From: a virus
Virus record (IMG/VR): IMGVR_UViG_3300008886_000002
Location: 1-62,873 of that record
Direction: 5' to 3' (one strand)
DNA length: 62,873 nucleotides
In this document: positions 27,542 through 34,717 of the stretch, one piece after another
How the letters are laid out: each line of letters opens with the position of its first letter
Numbering within the stretch: position 1 is the first letter of the stretch
The notes under the pieces: generated by a model
Databases searched by the model: none
Told to the model about the DNA's origin: nothing
Seen by the model: the letters and a program-made list of their open reading frames with translations, nothing else
Translations under genes and position numbers: made by a program

Positions 27542-27784
27542 CTACCCTCCTACCGGAGCAGCGACGATTGACGGCGCCTTGGCCGCGACAGCCAGCCACG
27601 CATCCTTCTCGGCGCGGTCCAAATACAGCCACTTCTGAGCCGCCAAGTATGTGATGTTCGCGCCTTGAAGCCACGCGCTCACCTCAAAGTCGCCGCGCGC
27701 ATGCAAGTACGTGAACCAGAGTTGGATTGCAATGGTTTCTTCGGAGGTGACTTCGCCACCTTCAAGCATCGACTGTCCGCTCAT
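27542..27784 (-). CDS. Hypothetical protein (80 aa)
   Basis: Internal ATG preceded by gaggagaag. First gene of the leftward operon. Confidence 0.55.
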   Translation of the reverse strand: MSGQSMLEGGEVTSEETIAIQLWFTYLHARGDFEVSAWLQGANITYLAAQKWLYLDRAEKDAWLAVAAKAPSIVAAPVGG

Positions 27785-27949
27785 TGGTTCATCTTCTCCT
27801 CGGCTACCGACGCCGACTCCATGGTTGGCCCGTCGTCGTGGCTGTTTGACACTGTCAATGCTGCCTGACGTTTTCCCAGGTCGCATCGTGTCATTTCATG
27901 TCGTCAAAACCCTCCGAATGCGGTGTAATTGCAGGTCGCATTCATTTTC

Positions 27950-27979
27950 GGCCGGGTTCGATTCCCGGCAGCTCCACCA
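27950..27979 (+). other. attP core: 3' end of a tmRNA (or tRNA-Ala)-like gene
   Basis: ggccGGGTTCGATTCCCGGCAGCTCCACCA reads as T-arm plus 3' acceptor strand with U70, A73 and CCA. No matching 5' acceptor strand lies upstream, so it is a gene fragment and not a tRNA. Confidence 0.75.
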
Positions 27980-27992
27980 ATAGTAGCAGGTC

Positions 27993-28022
27993 AAGCCCCC
28001 AAACATGGGGGCTTTTCCTTTT
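27993..28022 (+). terminator. Rho-independent terminator following the tmRNA-like fragment
   Basis: aagccccc aaacat gggggctt followed by ttcctttt. It would terminate the reconstituted host gene after integration. Confidence 0.75.
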
Positions 28023-28065
28023 GTCAAACGCTTGTCAAAGCGGGTTTTGGGGTAGGGTCATTTTT

Positions 28066-28758
28066 GTGGCCCACCCGATCACCTTCTCTGACGTGCTGAA
28101 AGAGCCAGTTCAGGCCCGTTTCCGCAGTAACGTCCACCTCAGTGAATGGGGCTGCCTCGAGTGGCGTGGCGCTGCACCCGGCAGATACGGAAGCTGTCCG
28201 GTCAACGGCCGAAACGTCCCCGCCCACCGAGTGGCCTGGGTAATGCGACACGGTTGCGACATCCCCGACGATCTGGTCATCGATCACCTCTGCTGCAACA
28301 AGCGGTGCGTGAACGCCGACCACCTCGAGGCCGTCAGCGACGCTGAAAATGTCCGGCGGGTTCATCGTCCGCCGCGGGGGTGGAAGCCAGTGCCGGCGCC
28401 CATTCTGACGGCGATGGAGTATCGAGGTCGACGGTGGTGCGACGTGCAGTGGATCACCGCGCAGAACGGCAAAGTTGAGAAGCACATCAAAATGTTCGAC
28501 GATCCCGAACACGCAGCGGCTTTTGCGGCGCACCTGAGCAAGACCAAGCCGGGGTCTACCGTCGTCGAGGAATGTCCCCGCGATATCCGCGACCGGCTCC
28601 TTCGTGCCTACAACGACATCGGAGTCAGCGGCTGGTTACGAGAACCCCACCGCGATCTCGGCGGGGAGCGGCCGATTGACCTCATCCGCACGGGGCGTGT
28701 CGCCGAAGTACGTGCTGTTACCGAATGGCTGCTGTCGGTCAACCTCGGGGGTTCGTAG
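28066..28758 (+). CDS. HNH endonuclease fused to an AP2-like DNA-binding segment and an MbcA/ParS-type (DUF2384-like) C-terminal domain
   Basis: CLEWRG...AHRVAWV...VIDHLCCNKRCVNADHLE (HNH), YRGRRWCDVQWITAQNGKVEKHIKMFDDPEHAAAFAAH (AP2-like), and WLREPHRDLGGERPIDLIRTG. GTG 28066 chosen because the upstream part of the track ORF reads through attP and the terminator. Confidence 0.75.
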   Translation: MAHPITFSDVLKEPVQARFRSNVHLSEWGCLEWRGAAPGRYGSCPVNGRNVPAHRVAWVMRHGCDIPDDLVIDHLCCNKRCVNADHLEAVSDAENVRRVHRPPRGWKPVPAPILTAMEYRGRRWCDVQWITAQNGKVEKHIKMFDDPEHAAAFAAHLSKTKPGSTVVEECPRDIRDRLLRAYNDIGVSGWLREPHRDLGGERPIDLIRTGRVAEVRAVTEWLLSVNLGGS

Positions 28759-29876
28759 TGGCGTCGATACGAGCGAGGCAACGAGCGGACGGAACCACTG
28801 CCTACGCGGTGCTCTACAAGCTCGGAACAACCCAGACGGCGGCCACCTTCGACACGGAGGAGGCCGCCGTCGAGTTTCGTGACGCCGTCAACTCCATCGG
28901 CGCCGAACGCGCCATGCGCGGCTGGGGCATCGGCACCACCGCCCGCGCGCAACGCCCTAAAGGCCCGACGGTGGAGGAGTGGATACGTACCTACATCGAC
29001 TCCCGCACGGGCGTCACAAAGGCCACGCTGTTCGACTACAACGCCTACCTGAAGCACGACATCGCCCCTGAGCTGGGGAAGATTCCGTTGGTCGCCTTGA
29101 CCGCGGCGGACTGCCAGCAGTGGGTTCAGGTGATGGCGGCGAAGAAGCTCTCCGGGAAGGAGAGCACGTTGTCGGGGAAGACCCTCGCCAACCGGCATGG
29201 GTTTCTGTCTGCGGCGCTCAACGCCGCGGTGCGTGCGGAGATGATCCCGTCCAACCCGACCATCGGCACCCGTCTACCGCGCACCGAGAAGCAGGAGATG
29301 TGCTTCCTCACCCCCGACGAGTTCGACCTCCTGAAGCAGGGGTTCCAGGAACGGTGGTGGCCGTTCCTGTCGTTCATGGTCGTGGCCGGCACCCGGTTCG
29401 GTGAGACCACCGCCCTGAAGCCGTCGGACGTGAACAGGGCGGCGAACACCGTGTACGTCGGGCGGGCGTGGAAGCGCACCTACGACGCGAAGCGCTACGA
29501 GATTGGTGTCCCGAAGACCCGTCGCAGCATTCGGACGATCAGCGTTCCCCGCAAGGTGCTCGACCAATTGGACTATTCCCATGAGTGGTTGTTCGTGAAC
29601 ACCGCGAACAACCCGATTCGTGCGTCGGAGTGGCGGAACAACGTGTGGTACCCGTCGGTGGCGAAGGCGAAGGCTGCGGGTTTGACGAAGTCACCCCGGA
29701 TTCACGACCTGAGGCACACGGCGGCTTCGTGGATGGTTCAGCAGGGGAGGCCGCTGCCGGTGGTGCAGGCTCACCTCGGCCACGAATCGATCAACACCAC
29801 AATTTCGCTTTATACCCATTTGGACAGGGCGAACGCCGACGAAGCCGCCGAAGGGCTGGGGGAGTGGCTGCGCTAG
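28758..29876 (+). CDS. int: Tyrosine integrase
   Basis: TAGTG coupling at the start. HDLRHTAASWMV...AHLGHESINTTISLYTHL (R-H-R-Y catalytic region). Confidence 0.9.
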   Translation: MASIRARQRADGTTAYAVLYKLGTTQTAATFDTEEAAVEFRDAVNSIGAERAMRGWGIGTTARAQRPKGPTVEEWIRTYIDSRTGVTKATLFDYNAYLKHDIAPELGKIPLVALTAADCQQWVQVMAAKKLSGKESTLSGKTLANRHGFLSAALNAAVRAEMIPSNPTIGTRLPRTEKQEMCFLTPDEFDLLKQGFQERWWPFLSFMVVAGTRFGETTALKPSDVNRAANTVYVGRAWKRTYDAKRYEIGVPKTRRSIRTISVPRKVLDQLDYSHEWLFVNTANNPIRASEWRNNVWYPSVAKAKAAGLTKSPRIHDLRHTAASWMVQQGRPLPVVQAHLGHESINTTISLYTHLDRANADEAAEGLGEWLR

Positions 29877-29924
29877 CGGAACAGCGGTAGTAGCGCCCCT
29901 TCGTCGGTGCTCCACTGCAACCGC

Positions 29925-30119
29925 TCATTCCCTGAGCCACCGTTGGATGGTGTTGGTTGAGCGGCCGGTGAGTTCTGCGATGTCCGCGATTCCTCCGCCG
30001 GCGTTTTTCGCTGCGCGTACCGCTTCGATGAGCTTTCGTCGACTGCGGTCGTATTGCTTTGCCGCGGTTTGGAGTTGGCGCCGTTCGGGCTGTGGGGTCA
30101 ACTTGTGGGGTCGCGGCAT
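29925..30119 (-). CDS. Small HTH DNA-binding protein (64 aa)
   Basis: IADIAELTGRSTNTIQRWL helix-turn-helix. ATG lies 6 nt downstream of a TATGAT -10 (leaderless). Confidence 0.6.
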   Translation of the reverse strand: MPRPHKLTPQPERRQLQTAAKQYDRSRRKLIEAVRAAKNAGGGIADIAELTGRSTNTIQRWLRE

Positions 30120-30125
30120 TTCGTC

Positions 30126-30189
30126 ATCATAATCACCACGTAATACTGCCCGGTTGTTGCCCCTAAATCGCCACGAAACGGTGTATGAT
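30126..30189. promoter_or_regulatory. Divergent promoter pair, each TATGAT-N6-ATG (leaderless)
   Basis: Plus-strand TATGAT at 30184-30189, then 6 nt, then ATG 30196. Minus-strand TATGAT is the complement of 30126-30131, then 6 nt, then ATG at 30119. Confidence 0.55.
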
Positions 30190-30195
30190 TTAGGC

Positions 30196-30414
30196 ATGGG
30201 TGCAGCTAATCCGCAGACGCGGTTGAACGTGAACATCAACGTGAGAACGAAAGCGGCGTTGGAGTGTTACGCCGTCGACAATGGCATCAGCGTCACCGAA
30301 GCCGTGCGCCGGTTGGTGGGGATGGGTGCGTTCATCGCCGGGGCTCTCGCAGATGGAAAGTCTGTCGAGCTGAAGAGGGGACGCGACCGTGAAACCGTCA
30401 CTTTCGCGTTCTGA
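30196..30414 (+). CDS. Ribbon-helix-helix (CopG/Arc-like) DNA-binding protein
   Basis: RLNVNINVRTKAALECYAVDNGISVTEAVRRLV fits a beta-strand plus two helices. Confidence 0.65.
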   Translation: MGAANPQTRLNVNINVRTKAALECYAVDNGISVTEAVRRLVGMGAFIAGALADGKSVELKRGRDRETVTFAF

Positions 30415-30466
30415 CTGTGGTGGTCGTCCTCGGTGGGTTGTTTGGCGCTGGGACGACGAAGGCTTG

Positions 30467-30601
30467 ATGGCATGCGACGCGCATTTGTCTGCGGTGTGCA
30501 CAGTGCTGCAACGCGCCCCCCATATTTCTACTGAGTTGTCGGTGCGGCCGATTGGGTTGCACGCGCTGGGATGCGCGGGCCAGCGCAGGGGTGAGCAGTG
30601 A
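30467..30601 (+). CDS. Hypothetical protein (start uncertain)
   Basis: Its stop overlaps GTG 30598 (GTGA). Start could be ATG 30467 or ATG 30389. Confidence 0.3.
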   Translation: MACDAHLSAVCTVLQRAPHISTELSVRPIGLHALGCAGQRRGEQ

Positions 30602-30744
30602 GCGAAGACGGCGAGGACGACACGTTCACCTGGCAGGAGATGCGCATTGCGTTGACCGCGTTCGCGCTGTGGCTTCTCAAGGGTGAGCCAGGCGAGGGCC
30701 GGGAGGTTGAGTTGGTCGACCGGTTCATCGAGGAGACGACGTGA
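30598..30744 (+). CDS. Hypothetical protein (48 aa)
   Basis: Read directly. GTGA coupling at both ends. Confidence 0.5.
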   Translation: MSEDGEDDTFTWQEMRIALTAFALWLLKGEPGEGREVELVDRFIEETT

Positions 30745-30950
30745 CAGAGACTTGGTCTGAGACATTCACACATGGTCATGACAGGGTTGTTGTGACGTAT
30801 TCCGTTTCAACGCAGTCTGTGCTTGCTGAGCGGTACCGGGGTGACGAACTGGTTGAGGTTACCGCCGATTCAGACCGCGTAAAGAGCTGGGCACGCGGGG
30901 TGTGCGGCGAAGCGTGGTCCAGCGACGAAGCCCACGACGGCGGGGGTTAA
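30741..30950 (+). CDS. Hypothetical protein (69 aa)
   Basis: Track ORF with GTGA coupling. Confidence 0.6.
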   Translation: MTETWSETFTHGHDRVVVTYSVSTQSVLAERYRGDELVEVTADSDRVKSWARGVCGEAWSSDEAHDGGG

Positions 30951-30955
30951 ACAGC

Positions 30956-31159
30956 GTGAGGAATGAAGATGGCCGTTGGGTGGGCTACAGGGTTGGCCGC
31001 TGCCTAGCATTAACGGCGAGCACCCTCCCGCAGGCGCCGTTTCTCTACCGCACCGAACCTCGCGGGCACAAGGGAAACCACGTCGCCGTGAACCTTCACG
31101 ACGGAACCGTGGAGAAGACGTGGCCGCAAGCGCCATGGGACTCTGGAGCAACTGGATGA
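30956..31159 (+). CDS. Hypothetical protein (67 aa)
   Basis: GTG 6 nt after the upstream stop. ATGA overlap with the next gene. Confidence 0.5.
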   Translation: MRNEDGRWVGYRVGRCLALTASTLPQAPFLYRTEPRGHKGNHVAVNLHDGTVEKTWPQAPWDSGATG

Positions 31160-31494
31160 CTACCAAAGTGGCGGCGTGCCAACACTGTCCACATGCCTCA
31201 CATGTCGGCATGTGCGGTAAGCGCGTTGAGGTCAATACGTTCTGCGGATGTTTCGGTCGCCCCCGGGGTGAGAGCGATTTGCGTCGCCCCACCGTTGAGG
31301 TTCAGCGCGCCGTGTCCCGCATCCACGAATGCCTTGCCGAGGTGTACCTGCCGGACGGTGTTCGGATGTGGCTCACAAGCCCGAACCGCAACCTTGGTGA
31401 GCGTATACCGGCGCTGATGATTAGGTCCGGTCGCCTGTCCGAGGTGTCTGCCGTGCTGGCTGAGGCCGAACGACTGTCGGGCGGTGCTTGGTGA
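31156..31494 (+). CDS. Cys/His-cluster protein with MbcA/ParS-type (DUF2384-like) C-terminal domain
   Basis: CQHCPHASHVGMCGK...FCGC, then MWLTSPNRNLGERIPALMIRSGRLSEVSAVLAEAERLSGG. Confidence 0.65.
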   Translation: MTTKVAACQHCPHASHVGMCGKRVEVNTFCGCFGRPRGESDLRRPTVEVQRAVSRIHECLAEVYLPDGVRMWLTSPNRNLGERIPALMIRSGRLSEVSAVLAEAERLSGGAW

Positions 31495-31610
31495 ATGCTC
31501 TAGAAACAGCTAGACCCCCTTATCCACGGGTGTGGGGGGGTCTGCGGTGATGCCAGTACCACGGATCAGGCGGGCGGTAACCCAATGACCACCCCGGGGA
31601 GCAGGACGCG

Positions 31611-31787
31611 ATGACCGATCACATCGACTGGGAATTACGGCGCGACATGGCGGAAGCCCAATTCTGGGCCATCCGGGAGGAATGCAAGGGCCGTCCGGTC
31701 AAGTCGTTGCGGATGACGCCGCGCGCTGCGATTGCGCTCCGGGACATGGTCGTGGCGGGTTTCCATGCAGCAGGGAGAAAGCCGTGA
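31611..31787 (+). CDS. Hypothetical protein (58 aa)
   Basis: Read directly. Preceded by two coupled mini-ORFs (31550..31588 and 31585..31614). GTGA overlap downstream. Confidence 0.55.
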   Translation: MTDHIDWELRRDMAEAQFWAIREECKGRPVKSLRMTPRAAIALRDMVVAGFHAAGRKP

Positions 31788-32101
31788 ACACCTCGCGGCA
31801 GGTCGCACGTCAGATTGAACTGTTCCTCGAGGACGGTGCCCGCGAACGGCTCACCGTTGCACTCGCCCTTCTTGACGAAATGGGCGCCGAGGCTGACGGT
31901 AACCCCATGACCACCACGCCGCAGTACTGCACGTGCCCCTGCCCTCTTTGCATTGGGAACGAGCACTCGCGGTGCTACTGCGAGGGCACCGACGACGACA
32001 TGCCGCAGTGCCCACATTGCGAGCAGCGTTACGACCTCACCGGCGGCTGCGACGGCGACAAGCCTGAATGCCACGCCATTGCCGCCTTGGTAACCCAATG
32101 A
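31784..32101 (+). CDS. Cys-rich protein (105 aa)
   Basis: CTCPCPLCIGNEHSRCYCEG...CPHCEQ...GGCDGDKPECH. Ends VTQ-stop within the junction motif. Confidence 0.65.
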   Translation: MNTSRQVARQIELFLEDGARERLTVALALLDEMGAEADGNPMTTTPQYCTCPCPLCIGNEHSRCYCEGTDDDMPQCPHCEQRYDLTGGCDGDKPECHAIAALVTQ

Positions 32102-32370
32102 CCAACGAGGGGGAACTAGAGATGGAACAGCGTTACGGCAGGCCGACTGACGGCATTCTGCCCGAGGCCGACCCCTCCGGGTATCTGCCGGGGTCTACAC
32201 CGTTATACCCGCCGATAGCTGCCGTTCACCGGCTGGACGACCACCGGGCATTCGACGCCGGTACGCCCACCCGCTGCTATCAGTGCGGCACTGACACAGG
32301 CGTGGTGAAGCACGTCGGTGAGGGTGGCTTCGTGTGGGGATGCTTGGCATGCGGGCACCCGGAGGACTGA
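32098..32370 (+). CDS. Hypothetical zinc-ribbon protein (90 aa)
   Basis: Starts at the junction-motif ATG. Contains CYQCG...CLACG. Confidence 0.65.
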   Translation: MTNEGELEMEQRYGRPTDGILPEADPSGYLPGSTPLYPPIAAVHRLDDHRAFDAGTPTRCYQCGTDTGVVKHVGEGGFVWGCLACGHPED

Positions 32371-32501
32371 TGGAGATCGACCACGACGCGTCTGAGGATT
32401 GCGTTTGTGGGCCGCGCTGCGAGCCCGTCGAACGCGCGGACGGTTCCATCGGGTGGGTGTACGTCCACCACAGCTTGGACGGGAGGGAAGCGAATGAGTG
32501 A
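32370..32501 (+). CDS. Hypothetical protein (43 aa)
   Basis: TGATG coupling. Read directly. Confidence 0.45.
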   Translation: MEIDHDASEDCVCGPRCEPVERADGSIGWVYVHHSLDGREANE

Positions 32502-32679
32502 GCTACCGATGACGAAAGACCAGTTAATCGACCTCCTCTACGAACATCAGGAGGATGCTCTGACCAATTACGACAACGATGGGCGGGAGGAGTGTCGCTG
32601 CGGGCGTCAGGGCGAACAGGGGTGGCGGCAGCATTTCGCTGACGTACTCCACGCCGCCGCCGGTGGGGTAAGCCGATGA
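32494..32679 (+). CDS. Hypothetical protein (61 aa)
   Basis: 8-nt overlap with the upstream gene. Ends in a variant junction motif. Confidence 0.5.
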   Translation: MSELPMTKDQLIDLLYEHQEDALTNYDNDGREECRCGRQGEQGWRQHFADVLHAAAGGVSR

Positions 32680-32828
32680 CCACCGATCTGAACACCTTGG
32701 GGTTTGAGAGCTGCGAGCACGTCCAGGCGGCGTGGCTTGCTCACTGCGACCGCAACGACGGGCCGGCACCCTATGAACTGGTGAAGGCAACCAGCATCTG
32801 TGTGGACCAGATGGGGGCAACCCAATGA
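32676..32828 (+). CDS. Hypothetical protein (50 aa)
   Basis: Starts at the variant junction ATG and ends ATQ-stop in the next junction. Confidence 0.5.
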   Translation: MTTDLNTLGFESCEHVQAAWLAHCDRNDGPAPYELVKATSICVDQMGATQ

Positions 32829-33028
32829 CCACCCGCAGGGAGTACGTCGTGGCCTACATTGCCCCGAGTGGTGCCATCTGCCCGATCATCACGAAGAACA
32901 CGCCAACTGTGCTACGTGAGTACGCCTTTAAGGACGCCGAAGCGGTTCGTTCTGATGACGACCTCACGGAGGTCTTCGTTGCCTATCGGGACATCCCCCA
33001 GTGGCAACGAGATTTTGGGGCGGGGTAA
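32825..33028 (+). CDS. Hypothetical protein (67 aa)
   Basis: Track ORF. Starts at a junction ATG and stops at the TAA of the next junction. Confidence 0.6.
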   Translation: MTTRREYVVAYIAPSGAICPIITKNTPTVLREYAFKDAEAVRSDDDLTEVFVAYRDIPQWQRDFGAG

Positions 33029-33032
33029 CCCA

Positions 33033-33239
33033 ATGACCAACCCGACTGAAACTGCCGCGGCGGCCATCCGCGACCACTACCCGGTGTTCGATGAGCGTGG
33101 GCACATCAATGGCACTGTCCCTGGCCGCGGGTCTTGGCATTGCTGGTGCGACCGCGTAGTTGACACCACCGAGGATGAGGTTGTCTCACATGTCGCTGCG
33201 GTAGTGGTCGCAGCGCTGGCGGGTGGGGTAACCCCATGA
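33033..33239 (+). CDS. Hypothetical protein (68 aa)
   Basis: Starts at the junction ATG, internal to track ORF 32859. Confidence 0.55.
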   Translation: MTNPTETAAAAIRDHYPVFDERGHINGTVPGRGSWHCWCDRVVDTTEDEVVSHVAAVVVAALAGGVTP

Positions 33240-33487
33240 CCACGGAGCCGTTCGACTGCCAGTTCTGTTTCGATGACGGTGATTGCGGCATGGCGGCGAT
33301 GCGCATGGGCTGGTGCGGCGGACTGACGCGCCTCGTTGCGGCGGTGCATTCGACGGGTGACGAAGAGTTCTTCTGCTGGTGTGGAGAACGTTTGGCTTTT
33401 CTGCCGCGCATGAACGCGTGGACATGCTCAACGCACGGGTTGGCCGACTACGTCAACGACGCCGACGGTAAGCGGGTAACCCAATGA
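33236..33487 (+). CDS. Cys-rich protein (83 aa)
   Basis: Contains CQFCFDDGDCG...CWCG...C. Junction motifs at both ends. Confidence 0.6.
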   Translation: MTTEPFDCQFCFDDGDCGMAAMRMGWCGGLTRLVAAVHSTGDEEFFCWCGERLAFLPRMNAWTCSTHGLADYVNDADGKRVTQ

Positions 33488-33615
33488 CCCCGGAGGAGCG
33501 GACGAACCAGCGTTACCGTGACGCCATCACCTACGCCCAATCCACCTGCACCACCCATGACCACGAACCACCCGTGTCCAATTACCGCTGCTGCACCGAC
33601 GAACAGCGCGACTGA
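33484..33615 (+). CDS. Hypothetical protein (43 aa)
   Basis: Starts at the last junction ATG. Read directly. Confidence 0.45.
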   Translation: MTPEERTNQRYRDAITYAQSTCTTHDHEPPVSNYRCCTDEQRD

Positions 33616-34011
33616 CCCGTCAGCGGAATAGGGGTAGTAGTGCCCCACGGCGCGTGTTTTAGTCGCCTGCTGGCACCCACATTTGCGGATTCCGTGGCAA
33701 CCACACCATCCCTCGGCCGAACCCGACAGCAACTCTTCAGGCTGCCCAAACCGCCACTTCCAATTGACTTTCCGGTAAACCGTAACGTTTCGCCCACCGG
33801 CAACGATGCGATTGCACGCTAACAAACTTCCGCAAGTGTTGATTTGTCAGAGACGGTCCGTAAGGTCGAACGCAAGCCCGAAACAGCCAACGGACAGTGA
33901 ACATTCAGGGGGTCGACACCAGTGCTCAGCGACGCGCAGCCACCAGACCACGAACAACTTCAACATCATCTGGCGGACCTGCTTGGCCTCCACCCGATGC
34001 AGGACTGGTCG

Positions 34012-34506
34012 TCAGCGTTGTTGATGGGGGTTATCGGTGTCGTCGAGGCCTCCATCGTCGCCCATGGACTTGATGGTTTCGTCCGTCAGGTCGCGAAGCC
34101 GGTCTCCCCCGCTCAGCTGCGGATTGTTTAGGTTCTTCTGGGCTTGACCCGCTTGGCCCGATGTTCCCTGTTGCGACGCTGCTGCCAAGGCATCTCGTAA
34201 TCCCTTCATCCGTTGTTGTATCTCGCCGATTAGTTCGTTGTCGCCGAAGGCGGTCACAGGCCGCCTGACTTCAGTCATTTGTGTGTCTTTGAGCTGAAGG
34301 AATCCTGCCGCGAGGAACGCCTCGATGACGGGGGCGCCGAGGGTCGCGACGAAGCGTCTGACGTCGTCGGCCTTGGCTTCTTGGCCGCCGCGCCACTTCG
34401 ACATGATGGCCCGGTCCAGGCCGGCGTCGAGCGCTACCTTCGTCGGTTTCTTGTCGCGCGCAGCAAGCTCGTTGTCGAGCCAATCTACGAGTCGTCCATT
34501 TGGCAT
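34012..34506 (-). CDS. Immunity repressor (HTH)
   Basis: Divergent from the Cro-like gene. KPTKVALDAGLDRAIMSKWRGGQ helix-turn-helix. ATG 34506 chosen so that the palindromic operators stay intergenic. Confidence 0.65.
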   Translation of the reverse strand: MPNGRLVDWLDNELAARDKKPTKVALDAGLDRAIMSKWRGGQEAKADDVRRFVATLGAPVIEAFLAAGFLQLKDTQMTEVRRPVTAFGDNELIGEIQQRMKGLRDALAAASQQGTSGQAGQAQKNLNNPQLSGGDRLRDLTDETIKSMGDDGGLDDTDNPHQQR

Positions 34507-34543
34507 AGGCGCAGCGTAACTAGATGGTTGACGCAACTCCACC

Positions 34544-34561
34544 GGTTGCGCCGTTGCAACC
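34544..34561. promoter_or_regulatory. Operator palindrome GGTTGC-N6-GCAACC (copy 1)
   Basis: ggttgc gccgtt gcaacc, a perfect inverted repeat. Confidence 0.6.
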
Positions 34562-34662
34562 ACGGTTGCTCAGAATTACGTCAGTGTCGTTCTGCACCTC
34601 GCGCGCCTAATCGGTAGGCGAAAGCCGCTAGCGCCTCTACCTAAAGTTGCTGAAAGATAACC

Positions 34663-34680
34663 GGTTGCCATGACGCAACC
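34663..34680. promoter_or_regulatory. Operator palindrome GGTTGC-N6-GCAACC (copy 2)
   Basis: ggttgc catgac gcaacc, a perfect inverted repeat. Confidence 0.6.
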
Positions 34681-34699
34681 AGGGGTGTACGGTCAGACG

Positions 34700-34717
34700 T
34701 GTTGCGAATCAGCAACC
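34700..34717. promoter_or_regulatory. Operator palindrome tGTTGC-N6-GCAACC (copy 3)
   Basis: tgttgc gaatca gcaacc, 11 of 12 symmetric, 29 nt upstream of the Cro-like ATG. Confidence 0.55.

Larger units (their letters stand above)
31576..33489 (+). repeat. Family of seven 15-nt gene-junction repeats (GGTAACCCAATGACC and variants)
   Basis: Exact copies at 31576, 32089, 33024 and 33475. Variants at 32667 (GGTAAGCCGATGACC), 32816 (GGCAACCCAATGACC) and 33227 (GGTAACCCCATGACC). Each copy contains a downstream ATG plus TAA/TGA stops. Confidence 0.9.

Noticed and set aside
27900-27979. A complete tRNA or tmRNA gene at the GGTTCGATTCC...CCA sequence
   Set aside because: Only the T-arm and the 3' acceptor strand are present. 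No complementary 5' acceptor strand or anticodon arm lies upstream, so it is a 3' gene fragment (attP core).
27898-28065. N-terminal 56 codons of track ORF 27898..28758
   Set aside because: This stretch reads straight through the tmRNA-like attP core and its terminator hairpin. The HNH protein most plausibly starts at GTG 28066.
28066-31494. A RES/ParT-type toxin partner for the DUF2384-like domains
   Set aside because: None of the neighbouring ORFs (30467..31159, 29925..30119) has the size or the R-E-S pattern expected of such a toxin, so the domains are treated as orphans.
31576-33489. CRISPR-like array, suggested by regularly recurring short repeats
   Set aside because: The repeats are only 15 nt and are spaced irregularly (about 150-580 nt). 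Each coincides with a stop/start junction of a coding gene. There is no leader and no cas genes.
33448-33825. 125-aa minus-strand ORF and other small ORFs in the 33616..34011 gap
   Set aside because: Its 3' half overlaps the junction-motif-coupled plus gene 33484..33615 and turns Gly/Val-rich there. The gap is left unannotated, although a short leftward gene downstream of the repressor cannot be excluded.
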